In this document: in pieces, positions 26,419 to 37,575 of the stretch
Layout of the letters: each line of letters starts with the position of its first letter
Position numbering within the stretch: the stretch's first letter is position 1
Virus record (IMG/VR): IMGVR_UViG_3300043409_001877
Coordinates: 1-64,000 of that record
From: a virus
DNA: 64,000 nucleotides
Direction: 5' to 3' (one strand)
Translations under genes and position numbers: made by a program
The notes under the pieces: model-generated
Told to the model about the DNA's origin: nothing
Databases searched by the model: none
Seen by the model: only the letters and a program-made list of their open reading frames with translations

Positions 26419-29105
26419 TAAAAATCTATTGTTGCTTGTATTATTAACATATCAGAATTATATTTTCTAGTCAACGGTTCGCTAAATTTACCAATAGCCA
26501 CCAAATCATCATCCTCATCATAAATAGCTAATTCAGTAAACGCTACTTTATCTTGGTTTGGGTTAAATGTTGGATTTGCTGTGTTTATAAATTTATTAGG
26601 TAATACGTTACAAGTCATTAATGTTTTATATATTGTTGCTTTAATATCAGTTTCAATATTCCCATAAAAGAACACTTCATCACCAAAACTAAACTCATCA
26701 ATAGTAGTTGAATTTGGTAAAGAAATAAAGTCACTTACATCATATTTTGAGTTGGCACTTATATCAATTAACGATTTATCTAAATTTACCCTTAAATTTT
26801 CAATAAGGCTTACTGTATAATTTACATTAGCTGGATTACTACCTAAACCACTATTATCTAGATAAAACACGGATAACACAGACCCATTAGCTGGTGTAAA
26901 ATTTAATTCAACACGTCTGTATTGAGTTGATCCTGTTGTGTATACACCATAATTATTTGAACTAATAAGTTGACCATTATAAAAGAAATAAACCACATTA
27001 TTATTTGGTTGGTAATCCAATGTTATAGCCACTTTAGTTCCGTTTATATAAATACCATCATTGTAATCATTACCACCAGGAATGCCAGTTAATGGTACGG
27101 TTATGTCTTGTCTTAATGTTTTTGATGTTGTCGTATCACCAATTAAATAATGGAATTGAATAGTATCACCATTTGTTAAAAGGGTACTGTCAAATTCAAT
27201 GTAGGCTGTGTTTGATGGTGTCGCCATAACACTTAATGGGTATTTCCAATATTCACCATCCACACCAATATTATCAGATGATGACGCTTGTTTTAATATT
27301 GATCCATTTAAAGATATGATTACATCCCCAATTTCCGTATTCGTTAAACCGTATTTATAACTAGAAAAATTTGCTGGATAAATTGATGATTCTGTATATA
27401 ACTCAAAACTATCACATAAATTAGATGTTCCAGTTTGACATCCGTTTTTACCAATAAAAGTGTTTATATTTAAATAATTCCAATCGGCTGGATCTGGTTT
27501 GTTATTTATTTGAGTTATTTGCCACAATAAAAGAATATTGTCGGTTCTAAAACCAATACCAGGCGTATCATCATAATCACGTAAAAAACTAAACTCACTA
27601 TAAGTTGGATCTAAAGGATCTTTAGGAAATTCAAATATAATATCTTTAACGGTAGATGATGTGTTACTAATTGTGTTATAATCTTCACAATGCAAACCAC
27701 TTATACCCTCAGAATCATTGAATACATAACTAACATGTATAGCTTCATTGTTTTGTAAGACACCAGTAACGCTAGATCCTTGGCAAACTCCTGGTTCTGT
27801 TAGTGTTAATTTTGGTTTAGGTAACGTCCAATTTCTATTGGATTTGTAAGACAACGCTGCTAACAATTCCTGATGTTCTATTAAAATAATTTTTTGATCT
27901 ACTAAAACTTTACCAACAATCGTTGGGTTTGTTTCTTGGTCAACTAAATCGTAATATTTAACACTAGCATTGGTTCCCATATATTTAACAGTTGACCCGC
28001 AGACAAAAGTATACCCAATTTCAGTACCTAAACCAGCACCACCATATTGTTTTTTATGCCACATTATATACGGTAATTTAAGTTTAAATGTGTTTTTATA
28101 AAAACCTTCAGCATAAAGATTACTAACCGAATTATTTGTATAATGTATAATACCAACTTTATCTAAAAGATTATCTAAGAAATAATCATAGCAAACAGCA
28201 GTACCCCAATAATTCCTGGATTTAGATGAGTACTTTCCTTTATTAATAGTACTATCAAGACCAATAATATCTTCAATAGTTACAATATTCATATTCCAAA
28301 CAGGTATATCATCATTAGCCAGCGTACAATTGGATGTAAAATCAAATAAACCACCATCCCAATAAGCGTTTGGGTTAGTGACATCGTAATAATCTTTAAT
28401 TGTATCTTTACCTGGGTAAACAAAAGCATCAAAAGTGTAGTCACTAAATAACGGTAATTCACGATCCACTTCAACACTAATAGTAACACCAGTGGTATAA
28501 CCTGTTAAATCAAAAGATTCTCCACTATTTATGGAAATTATTGAGTACATTAAATAAGGTGTTGGCTCTAAATTTAATTCATTGTAATTTAATGTGGTGC
28601 CACTATAAGTTTCAGTATAACCACTTGTTTTAAATTTTATAAACAAATAATCTCCTTTTTTTACAGTATTACTATAATTATCGTTTATAAACGTGTTATC
28701 ATTAAAAACTAAATCAAGCGTTGTTGTACCCGTAGCTGTGGTACCAGTAGCACCACCAAGTAAACATAATGTATTTTCAATAGTAACGTTACTAGTTGTT
28801 AAATCATATGTAAAAAAACCTCTTTCTTTTGCTGCGCTATACACTTCATTTGGTAATGATGTGAATATTGATATCGGTAATTTATAACTGCTACCCTCAC
28901 TTGGTACTGGGTATTGTATATCGTGCTGACTATCAACTGGTCTTAAAATATTAACCAATGAGAATGTATCTGAACTATAGTCCATTTCACTGTCACCAAG
29001 GCTAAAGTTAGTTAGAGTTAATTTACCAGATGATAAATTACTTCTACCTGTATTTGTTAACTTAAGGTTAACTAGTGGTTCATTTTTTTTTATTATGTAA
29101 CTCAT
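26418..29105 (-). CDS. Large baseplate/tail-fibre-attachment structural protein
   Basis: N-terminal LTNTGR...FSLGDSEMDY and C-terminal TELAIYDEDDDLVAIGKFSEP. Confidence 0.7.
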   Translation of the reverse strand: MSYIIKKNEPLVNLKLTNTGRSNLSSGKLTLTNFSLGDSEMDYSSDTFSLVNILRPVDSQHDIQYPVPSEGSSYKLPISIFTSLPNEVYSAAKERGFFTYDLTTSNVTIENTLCLLGGATGTTATGTTTLDLVFNDNTFINDNYSNTVKKGDYLFIKFKTSGYTETYSGTTLNYNELNLEPTPYLMYSIISINSGESFDLTGYTTGVTISVEVDRELPLFSDYTFDAFVYPGKDTIKDYYDVTNPNAYWDGGLFDFTSNCTLANDDIPVWNMNIVTIEDIIGLDSTINKGKYSSKSRNYWGTAVCYDYFLDNLLDKVGIIHYTNNSVSNLYAEGFYKNTFKLKLPYIMWHKKQYGGAGLGTEIGYTFVCGSTVKYMGTNASVKYYDLVDQETNPTIVGKVLVDQKIILIEHQELLAALSYKSNRNWTLPKPKLTLTEPGVCQGSSVTGVLQNNEAIHVSYVFNDSEGISGLHCEDYNTISNTSSTVKDIIFEFPKDPLDPTYSEFSFLRDYDDTPGIGFRTDNILLLWQITQINNKPDPADWNYLNINTFIGKNGCQTGTSNLCDSFELYTESSIYPANFSSYKYGLTNTEIGDVIISLNGSILKQASSSDNIGVDGEYWKYPLSVMATPSNTAYIEFDSTLLTNGDTIQFHYLIGDTTTSKTLRQDITVPLTGIPGGNDYNDGIYINGTKVAITLDYQPNNNVVYFFYNGQLISSNNYGVYTTGSTQYRRVELNFTPANGSVLSVFYLDNSGLGSNPANVNYTVSLIENLRVNLDKSLIDISANSKYDVSDFISLPNSTTIDEFSFGDEVFFYGNIETDIKATIYKTLMTCNVLPNKFINTANPTFNPNQDKVAFTELAIYDEDDDLVAIGKFSEPLTRKYNSDMLIIQATIDF

Positions 29106-29141
29106 TTATACTTTTACAATAAATAGATTTATTTTAGTTTT

Positions 29142-32100
29142 TTAGAAAATTGAATTTTTTATATTTATATTTTTAACGTCAAAAATAGTTTTTGGGTTTA
29201 ATGAACCCAACGTGTTTGATTCAATTCCTTTTAAATTAACAAATATTGTTGCGTTTTCAACTACATTTTTTAATATTATAGTTCTTGTTTCGTAGTCAGT
29301 TAATCTGGTAATTTTAGTTTCTATAGTACCAGTCTTAATTAAAGCGTCATTAATAAAAATAGGTGTACTATCAATGAAAGCAGATTTAAATTTAGTTTGA
29401 TTACCCGTAGTTTGATAAGTAACTGAGACTTCTACAAAGTTATTTGGTATTATATTATAGTTCTTATCAAGAGGTGTTGTATTATTAACAACAGTAGAAT
29501 CGCTAATTGTTACGCCATCTAAATTTTTGGTAGTTACAACCACATTTGCCAACGCTTGACCGTTTTGTGTTATTATTGTTCTTACATTATATGGTAATAT
29601 ATCTATAGCTTCTGTTGCTGTTATAGGTGTTGATGATACGCCAGCACTTCTATTTAATTTATTAACGTCAGTATCAAATAAAATACCAAAAAACGTTGTG
29701 GCAACATTGCCACACGGGTTATATACGTTTAATTTACCCATGAATTCACCAGTTAAAGGATAACCAACGGGGTCTTTTTCTATGTAATAATCTAATATAA
29801 TATCATTACCCTTGGCTCTAAAATCGACAATACCATGTGATGTAGGTGTAACTCTATTGTCATCTGTTAAATCGTAAAATTTATCTAAAGCTGTCAGAGC
29901 CTTGTTATTAATTGTTGAACCACTAAATGATCTGCTTGTAAACCCAGATTTTAAAGTAAAATTAGGTTTAAAAAAGAATAGTGAATTTTTTACGTCTGTT
30001 GTTAAACTTTCAATTGTAGACTCAAAAACGCTTACACGTGTCCTATCTTTATAGAACGTAAAATTATTAACAAGGCAAAAATCATTTTCAACCCAATTTG
30101 TATTATCTGAATACGGTTGAGTTGAACCAGTTACCGTTGTAAATGTTGCACCAACATACTTGTATAAAACACCACGATTTGCCGCATATCTCTGACCCAA
30201 ATATAAACCATCTGGGTTATATGTGGTACCAGAACCACCAACAATCCAAGTATTTGGGTTATTTTTTTGATCTTCTCTAGATAATCTTTCAAATAAAGGT
30301 AATGAACCGTTACTCTCACCTATAAACGGATATATATAATACCCAGCATAAGCACCATTAGCAGGGTATCCTGGTTTTAAATATATATTTGTATGTCCAC
30401 TCCTTAAAGCCGCACTGTAATCGTTATAATAATCAGTTTCGTAAAAACCATTTTCAGGTGCTGACAAACCATATGTGGTTCCTTGATATTTGGTTGTTAA
30501 TGGTGATCCACCAATATTCCTTAATACTTTATTAGCACTTGTCACTTCATACAAATCATTAAACGCATACGAATTATCAATGTACATTGAATCGGGTCTT
30601 AATAAAGAATTGTATTTTCCGCCAAATGTAATACCACTTACGGTATTACCTGTTGAAATTAATGGTATGCCAGGTGTTGTAACTGGTAATGTTCTTGGTA
30701 ATCTAGCTGCCGTTGAACTATAATTTAAGAAAGAGGATAAACCAAGCCACGAACCTAAATTAAAAGTTACACCAGAAGTTGCCATACCCGCTGAAGTATT
30801 ATGTAAAGATCTATGGTTAAATAAATCAGCAGACACTTTAGCCCAATATGTGTTGTAGCCAGGCCCTGTTGTTGCAGCTGTTGGGTTGTTATTTAATGTT
30901 GTTTGTCTGGCTATATAATGTCTATAATAATACGTACCAGATTCATTAACATAAGCGTACACAAAATCACCAGCATTGTAAGTTGTGGTTGAGCTGTATA
31001 TTACTGGTTTTTGATAGATGTATCTAAAAAAGTGATTAGCTCCACCAAAATTACCAACCACAATATCACCAAATTTATAATCTTGTGGTTGTGTTGGATC
31101 GTATGCTATAATATTTCTATAAACATAATCAATCACATTTGGGTTTGGTAGATTATTAACCATACTTTCATCATAACCCCAAGGTGTAAAATTTGCTGGG
31201 TTATATTTTTCTATATCAACAAAACACGATCTTGCGCCTCTTGGATGATATATTGGGTGAATTTCACCTAATATGAATGAGCCGCTATCGGCTATTTTAA
31301 AACAATTATCACTTGTTATGTTATTAACACAAACATATAATTTATAAATTGTTTTAGTTTGAATTGTGGCACCAGTTGAGTTTTTAACCACAACATTATA
31401 ATTATTAATAGGTACTTTAACAACATCATTTAACTCATAATTAATAACTTGACTATTAAATAATGGAACTTTATCTAATATAGCTTTATATATTTCACTC
31501 GTATATATTTCACTTTCTAAAGCATAATAATTAAACGTTGCAACACCAAGCGTGCCATTATAGTATCTTTTTTTAGTTCTAATTTCACTCATAAAATCAC
31601 CAGAATAATTTATGCTAGTGTAATCAATTAAACCATCATCGTAAGATATAAAACTATTTGTGACTTGAGTTGTACCAGTACCCAAAACCGTATTGTTATA
31701 AAAACTTTTATTTGGGTAGTAACTAAACTGCCTAGTATGGTTTAATTCTCTTTTACGAATTTTTTTACCAATACTAATAGCGTTATTAATGTTATTAAAC
31801 TCAGTTGTTTTTGATGTTTTACCTAAAAAATAATCACTATATGAAAAATCAAACTCTAGTGTGGCAGTTTCAACACCTTTTTGTTGTGTTGTGCTGGATG
31901 AGCCAGAAGTACCAGCAAATCCAACAAGTCCACTGGTTGGTATATTAGCGTTTTTACTTCTAATTTTAAAACTAAAATCAATCTTATCATTGTTTAACTC
32001 TTTATCATAAACTGTTGTGTTGTAAATAAAAGTATTTTGATTATATTTTTTATAATACACGTTATATAATGTATTAAAAATATATGATGGGTCTGTTGAA

Positions 32101-35100
32101 TAGTTAATATCTAATGATGGTATTGATGAATATTTAGTACCAGTTTTTAATTGTAACTCCGTTGGCGCTAAATCTGGTAAGTTATAAATTGGTTTAATTG
32201 ATAATCCATCATCAAAATAACCTTTACCAATAAATCCAGAATTAAATAACAATCTAAACCTAGGATCACTCAAATTTCCACCATTAGCAATATAATCAAC
32301 CTCATCAACTTCTTGGTGTTCGTAATTAATTGTTTCGTATCTACTAAGCGTACATGGTAAATCAATTGGATTTATAATTAATGATATCCTTTCACCTGAA
32401 TTAAAAAACCCATTGTACTGATATAAATATTCTCTATTATCCGAAATATCATCACCATTAAATGTAAATGCTTGTGTATCATATACAAAACCTAAATTAT
32501 TAACCAATTTAATATCAACTGTTTGTGATACATTTGTAGAGGATTCAAAATATAAATTAAAATTAAAATTTAAAAAACTATTTCTTGTTATTAAATAATA
32601 ACCAGGGTTTGTTTTAACTAATGTAAGATCATCACCAGTTGATAAAAAATTATCGTTTAATGATTGTATTGATACATAATTGTTAGTATCTGGTTGAAGG
32701 GGTAACGATCTATCTAATGTTTGTATTAAGGTACTATTATCATTCAGCGTATAAAAAGGCCCTAACTTGGTTGAGTCTAAATTATAAAAACCATCAAATT
32801 CAACACTAATAGAATCCGAAATAAATAATTCACCATTAACTATGTTATCACCAACTCTAAAAGTATTGGCTGCCGTAGAACCGCTAAATATATGTAATAA
32901 ATTTAATGATTTTGTTAAATTTATTGAATGTACTGTTTTGTTGGGGTCTAAAGAAATTCTACTAATATACGCTGGATCAATATGCATTAGTGGGTCGCTT
33001 TTAGTCCTATCTTGATACCTATCATACATACCGCCAGGTGTGTCACCAGCAATTGTTGACGTATTAATTGTGGTACCACTAGTACCAGGTGTCATAGATG
33101 TACCTAATAACTTTAAACCACCACCAGAACTTGAGGGGTAAATAGTTGTGCCAGTAACAGTATCACCAGTAACCAAAAATACTTTACTATTCGCTTGTAA
33201 ATTTTCTTTATTGGTGGCATGTATTTGAGCAATTATTTCATCTTTATAGTAGACTTTTTCATTAACCCAATTAAATCTTTTCTTATACGGAACAACCCAT
33301 TTAAAACTTGAGCCGTAGGTAACGCCACTTGGTTTTAAACCAGTATAATCTTTACTATACCCGTAATATTTTGGTTGTTTTACACTTAATATAGCACCCG
33401 TTTCATCAACATATGTTTTATAAGTTGTACCAAGATATGAACTTAAATTTATTGTTCTACCAGTTATATCATAATAACATACGTGAGGTTTTGGTGGTGG
33501 GCAGTCAAAATCAACATTAATATTAATATGGGCTATTGCCCTACCAATACTGTTCATATAAAATGAACGTTCAGATTCTGTTATATCAGAAGTTGCTGAA
33601 TCACCAAATACGATTGTTCTTGAATCAACATCCATTGGGATATGATCCCATATTAAATTGTTTTCATATCCACTTTCATAAGGGCCTACAACAACAGCTT
33701 TATTTGGTGTTAGTCTTCCATTTATTTGCGAATATATACCAGCTGTATGTATACCATCAGTGGGTGGGTAAGTAAGATTAAATTGTGATATTGTATTTAA
33801 ACGATATAATTTTTCATCGTAAATAACAAACACACCATATCTTTCGCTTAACACATCATTTACATTCCCATTATAAATTGAATCGTCACCGTAATCAACC
33901 CCAGACTCCCAAGTATAAAAAGATCCTTCACTAGTATCACAATATTCAAACATTGTATAATGAACACCTAAATATTCATTAATTGTGGGATCTGTACCAT
34001 ATATTTTAGAACCAACTTTACCTTCAATTTGGAATGTTGGTATTTCACCAACTGTTGTTGGGTTAACTTTACCAGCATTGGATGTTACACTTGTGGTACC
34101 TAATAAAACTGGTTTTAAAGCACCTTGTTGAAATTCCGATCCATCGGTACCAAGCCAAGATACGTTGGTGTTTAAACCGTGCTTATATAAGAATTTATTA
34201 TCTAATAAACTTGAGTTTTGTATTTTTTTACCTGCATTAATAATTGTTGTTGCTGGTACAAACTGTTCAATTAATCTAATCCAAGAAGTGTCAAATTTAT
34301 TTAAAAATTCTAATGTTCTAGTTGAATCAATTGGTGTTGATGTTGTATTAAGGTAATCAAAATATATTTTTGATAATGACGGGTATGTTTTAATAGTTTT
34401 TCTATTCTTTGGATTAATAAAATTATCTAAAGATTTTTTAATAAACTGGTTGAAAGATACGGTAGATGCGTCAAACATTAAAGTGGAATCAATATTTAAA
34501 TCGGTATTAACTCTACCAATATTTCTAAGATATTGTCGATAAACAGTTACATCAAATATTCTGTTTGAAGCTAAATAAACCTCCAATTCTTTTGAATTTA
34601 TTGATAATCTACTATCATCACTTGTATACTCGGTATAACCGTTAGTATCTTCAAATAAATAATCTTTTGTTTCTTCAGTGTAAACCCAACTCTTAACATT
34701 ATCTACAGTTCTTTGTAAGTCAAAAAGATATATATTATTAAATTTTTTATACTCGTTAATATATTTTTTACCAAAATCGAACCCACCAATATTAACTTTA
34801 TCCTCACGTAAATAACCACCATTTTCCTGGTATTTAACATTTGTTGGTATTGTTGGGTAACCATCTGAATTAAAAGGTACTGTTTGGAATAAAATAACGG
34901 GATCATCGCCTGCTATATTACTATAGATTTTATTTAAAGCATTAATAGCATCCAACTTTTTTTCAGCTAAGTAAATGTACTCATTAAATTCAAAAATTTC
35001 TTCTGGTAAACCAACTAATTTTAATATAAATTCAACGGACTTTCGGGTACCTTTAGATTTAAACAAATAAAATGAGTTAATTAATATTCTTCTCCAAATC

Positions 35101-36674
35101 TCAATGTCAATTTCAGCTGGTGTTGTTCCTTTAGCTAAATTATCTGGATTTAATTGGAAGAGTGAATCAATTAATGAATTTTCATCTTCAACTTCAAATG
35201 TTTTAAAACCTAACATCCTAGCATAATTTTTAATTAATAAATCTGGGACATTTTCAATCTTATTATAACTGACATTTCTCATGAAAGTTATACTGTCAAT
35301 ATATTTTTTTACATCATCAAATGTTTTACCGTATAATTGTAAGATTAAATTAAACTTTCTATCAGTTGTATCAAATTCTTTTAACACATCTGTTGTTAAG
35401 AATCTTGCAATTAAATTAGTTTTTACGCTATCGTAGCTATCAGCTAAATCGTTTAATTTAGTTGTATATTTATCAAAATCATTACTAAACATGTCAACAT
35501 TAATGTCATCATATTTTGGGAAATACACCGTTTCTTTAACATTGCTAACAACACCATTATCAGATATTTTAGGAAACATAAACTCACTATAATATTTACC
35601 ACTTTCTTCATCTATATTTAATAAAAACGATGCTAAATCAGTTAGTTCACTATAAAAAGTTGTGTATATTGAATTTTTTGGTTTAATATAGTAGTTAACA
35701 TTAGCCTCACTATCAACATTTAAAATACTAGAAAACGGATCTCCACCGATAATTAATCTAATACCAGTGCCATCATCATTATAATTTTTTGGGAATGTAG
35801 CGCTAATAATAGGATATTCTACGTTGTTATAATATACCACATAATCTTTATAGGTTTTTGTGAAATTTCTATATTTTGTAATATTTTCAGCATCAGTAAG
35901 CGTGCTACCAGATAATGTGTATTCTATATTAAATGGGTTGGATAAACCATATAAATTTACTTTAAATTCTGAACGACTTTCAGTTGGATATGATGTATAT
36001 TCAACAACAGTTGGTGTTAGAATTGATATAGCATTAAGTTTTATAGCCGCAGGAAATGCGTTATAAATTTCTAATAAAGTATTTTTAAATCTTTCTTTTA
36101 ATGAAGAAAATAAAACGTAATTATCTAATTTTCTTCTATCAAATAAAACATTAACTTTAATGTTTTGATCTATTTTATTTTTTAATGTTTCAACATAAGG
36201 TTTACCTTCAAAATATGGTAAGTTCCTATTAACAATATCTTCAACAGTGTAGCTTTTGACAGCATCATTTTGTATTGATTGTGTGCTAAGATTTAATTGT
36301 GCGGTTGCTGTTAATTGTGCTTGTCTATCTCTTGTTTGATTGTACGGTACGCTTTTATTTATAGAAAAATTACCTAGAGTAAAAAACGGATCTCCAGTTA
36401 TTTCATTTTTAGCGTTAGCAAATTGTAATCCAACTAATTTATCCCCAAAAGAATCACTACCAAATGCACCAATTTTACCCTGTACAGTTCTATATCTTAA
36501 AGCGTTTTCATACAATAGATATGATGAACACGGAACATACTTTGTCTCACCGTTGATTGAATATGTACGATAACCATCACAACCTAGGGCTTTGGCGGCA
36601 TCGTAAGCTTCTTGAGCTGTATTATATAAATCACGTATGATTTGGTTATTTGTTGTGAAACTTAAATTAGCCAT
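29142..36674 (-). CDS. Giant baseplate wedge/tail protein (2510 aa)
   Basis: EIWRRILIN..YLFKSKGTRKSVEFIL (P2 gpI / T4 gp7-like wedge motif), beta-rich C-terminal domains. Confidence 0.7.
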   Translation of the reverse strand: MANLSFTTNNQIIRDLYNTAQEAYDAAKALGCDGYRTYSINGETKYVPCSSYLLYENALRYRTVQGKIGAFGSDSFGDKLVGLQFANAKNEITGDPFFTLGNFSINKSVPYNQTRDRQAQLTATAQLNLSTQSIQNDAVKSYTVEDIVNRNLPYFEGKPYVETLKNKIDQNIKVNVLFDRRKLDNYVLFSSLKERFKNTLLEIYNAFPAAIKLNAISILTPTVVEYTSYPTESRSEFKVNLYGLSNPFNIEYTLSGSTLTDAENITKYRNFTKTYKDYVVYYNNVEYPIISATFPKNYNDDGTGIRLIIGGDPFSSILNVDSEANVNYYIKPKNSIYTTFYSELTDLASFLLNIDEESGKYYSEFMFPKISDNGVVSNVKETVYFPKYDDINVDMFSNDFDKYTTKLNDLADSYDSVKTNLIARFLTTDVLKEFDTTDRKFNLILQLYGKTFDDVKKYIDSITFMRNVSYNKIENVPDLLIKNYARMLGFKTFEVEDENSLIDSLFQLNPDNLAKGTTPAEIDIEIWRRILINSFYLFKSKGTRKSVEFILKLVGLPEEIFEFNEYIYLAEKKLDAINALNKIYSNIAGDDPVILFQTVPFNSDGYPTIPTNVKYQENGGYLREDKVNIGGFDFGKKYINEYKKFNNIYLFDLQRTVDNVKSWVYTEETKDYLFEDTNGYTEYTSDDSRLSINSKELEVYLASNRIFDVTVYRQYLRNIGRVNTDLNIDSTLMFDASTVSFNQFIKKSLDNFINPKNRKTIKTYPSLSKIYFDYLNTTSTPIDSTRTLEFLNKFDTSWIRLIEQFVPATTIINAGKKIQNSSLLDNKFLYKHGLNTNVSWLGTDGSEFQQGALKPVLLGTTSVTSNAGKVNPTTVGEIPTFQIEGKVGSKIYGTDPTINEYLGVHYTMFEYCDTSEGSFYTWESGVDYGDDSIYNGNVNDVLSERYGVFVIYDEKLYRLNTISQFNLTYPPTDGIHTAGIYSQINGRLTPNKAVVVGPYESGYENNLIWDHIPMDVDSRTIVFGDSATSDITESERSFYMNSIGRAIAHININVDFDCPPPKPHVCYYDITGRTINLSSYLGTTYKTYVDETGAILSVKQPKYYGYSKDYTGLKPSGVTYGSSFKWVVPYKKRFNWVNEKVYYKDEIIAQIHATNKENLQANSKVFLVTGDTVTGTTIYPSSSGGGLKLLGTSMTPGTSGTTINTSTIAGDTPGGMYDRYQDRTKSDPLMHIDPAYISRISLDPNKTVHSINLTKSLNLLHIFSGSTAANTFRVGDNIVNGELFISDSISVEFDGFYNLDSTKLGPFYTLNDNSTLIQTLDRSLPLQPDTNNYVSIQSLNDNFLSTGDDLTLVKTNPGYYLITRNSFLNFNFNLYFESSTNVSQTVDIKLVNNLGFVYDTQAFTFNGDDISDNREYLYQYNGFFNSGERISLIINPIDLPCTLSRYETINYEHQEVDEVDYIANGGNLSDPRFRLLFNSGFIGKGYFDDGLSIKPIYNLPDLAPTELQLKTGTKYSSIPSLDINYSTDPSYIFNTLYNVYYKKYNQNTFIYNTTVYDKELNNDKIDFSFKIRSKNANIPTSGLVGFAGTSGSSSTTQQKGVETATLEFDFSYSDYFLGKTSKTTEFNNINNAISIGKKIRKRELNHTRQFSYYPNKSFYNNTVLGTGTTQVTNSFISYDDGLIDYTSINYSGDFMSEIRTKKRYYNGTLGVATFNYYALESEIYTSEIYKAILDKVPLFNSQVINYELNDVVKVPINNYNVVVKNSTGATIQTKTIYKLYVCVNNITSDNCFKIADSGSFILGEIHPIYHPRGARSCFVDIEKYNPANFTPWGYDESMVNNLPNPNVIDYVYRNIIAYDPTQPQDYKFGDIVVGNFGGANHFFRYIYQKPVIYSSTTTYNAGDFVYAYVNESGTYYYRHYIARQTTLNNNPTAATTGPGYNTYWAKVSADLFNHRSLHNTSAGMATSGVTFNLGSWLGLSSFLNYSSTAARLPRTLPVTTPGIPLISTGNTVSGITFGGKYNSLLRPDSMYIDNSYAFNDLYEVTSANKVLRNIGGSPLTTKYQGTTYGLSAPENGFYETDYYNDYSAALRSGHTNIYLKPGYPANGAYAGYYIYPFIGESNGSLPLFERLSREDQKNNPNTWIVGGSGTTYNPDGLYLGQRYAANRGVLYKYVGATFTTVTGSTQPYSDNTNWVENDFCLVNNFTFYKDRTRVSVFESTIESLTTDVKNSLFFFKPNFTLKSGFTSRSFSGSTINNKALTALDKFYDLTDDNRVTPTSHGIVDFRAKGNDIILDYYIEKDPVGYPLTGEFMGKLNVYNPCGNVATTFFGILFDTDVNKLNRSAGVSSTPITATEAIDILPYNVRTIITQNGQALANVVVTTKNLDGVTISDSTVVNNTTPLDKNYNIIPNNFVEVSVTYQTTGNQTKFKSAFIDSTPIFINDALIKTGTIETKITRLTDYETRTIILKNVVENATIFVNLKGIESNTLGSLNPKTIFDVKNINIKNSIF

Positions 36675-37572
36675 TTCTTACGATATTTTTTAATGTTTTT
36701 GTTGTATCTATAGCGTTTCTTCTTTTTCTAACTTCAAAAAGTTTCTTGTCAACAGCATCTCTTATTTCATAAAGGTCATATTGTGAGTAGATATTACCAT
36801 CAAAATCATACATGGTGTATATTCCATCATCCATTGATTTTGTTTGATCCCCAAATAAACCGATAGCTAAACTTTCTAAATCATAATTAACCATTTCAAC
36901 CTCAATAATTTGGGGTGAAAAACTTGTATTTGTAATTATAACATTTTGGTCTTTTCTACCAATAAATGGTGCTGCTGTTGGTTTAAAACTAGGTGCCACA
37001 TTTGGTGTTACGGTACAAAATAGCATATTACCAACATTATTGTAAATATACTTTATTGTTTTTTGAGATGAGTTTGCTGTGTTAATTTGTACTGGTTCAG
37101 ATATAAATGAGGATGTGATTACTCTATATAAATTAGGGATTTTAGTACCATCATTATTTAAGTACTCAACACGATAACCATCTAAACCATTATTTGAAAA
37201 TTTGCTAATATAATTAGCTGGGGCGGAATCAACATTAAAAATTAAACCCTTAACATCTGGATATGTTGCTAATTCAGCGCAATCCTCAATTTTAACTCTA
37301 ATTTGTGCTGGTCTGATATATATCGTATAAAACCCCTTTAGATTAAACACTTCTTTAGGTAGTGTCATATTGTATAACCCACCCAATATCTCAACGTCTT
37401 TACCACCAAATTCAGTTGTGGACATAACAGGTTTAATTACCTGACTACCAAGTAGTTTTGTTATTTTTTGTATCTCAGTAGAATTTCTATTCTTACTATA
37501 GATAACAACAACTTCAATATCGTTTGGGTCGACATCAGCTGGTCTTTTTACACCGTATACTCCAATTGCCAT
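36667..37572 (-). CDS. Putative baseplate structural protein
   Basis: 301 aa, coupled to the giant wedge gene. Confidence 0.6.
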   Translation of the reverse strand: MAIGVYGVKRPADVDPNDIEVVVIYSKNRNSTEIQKITKLLGSQVIKPVMSTTEFGGKDVEILGGLYNMTLPKEVFNLKGFYTIYIRPAQIRVKIEDCAELATYPDVKGLIFNVDSAPANYISKFSNNGLDGYRVEYLNNDGTKIPNLYRVITSSFISEPVQINTANSSQKTIKYIYNNVGNMLFCTVTPNVAPSFKPTAAPFIGRKDQNVIITNTSFSPQIIEVEMVNYDLESLAIGLFGDQTKSMDDGIYTMYDFDGNIYSQYDLYEIRDAVDKKLFEVRKRRNAIDTTKTLKNIVRNG

Positions 37573-37575
37573 TTT

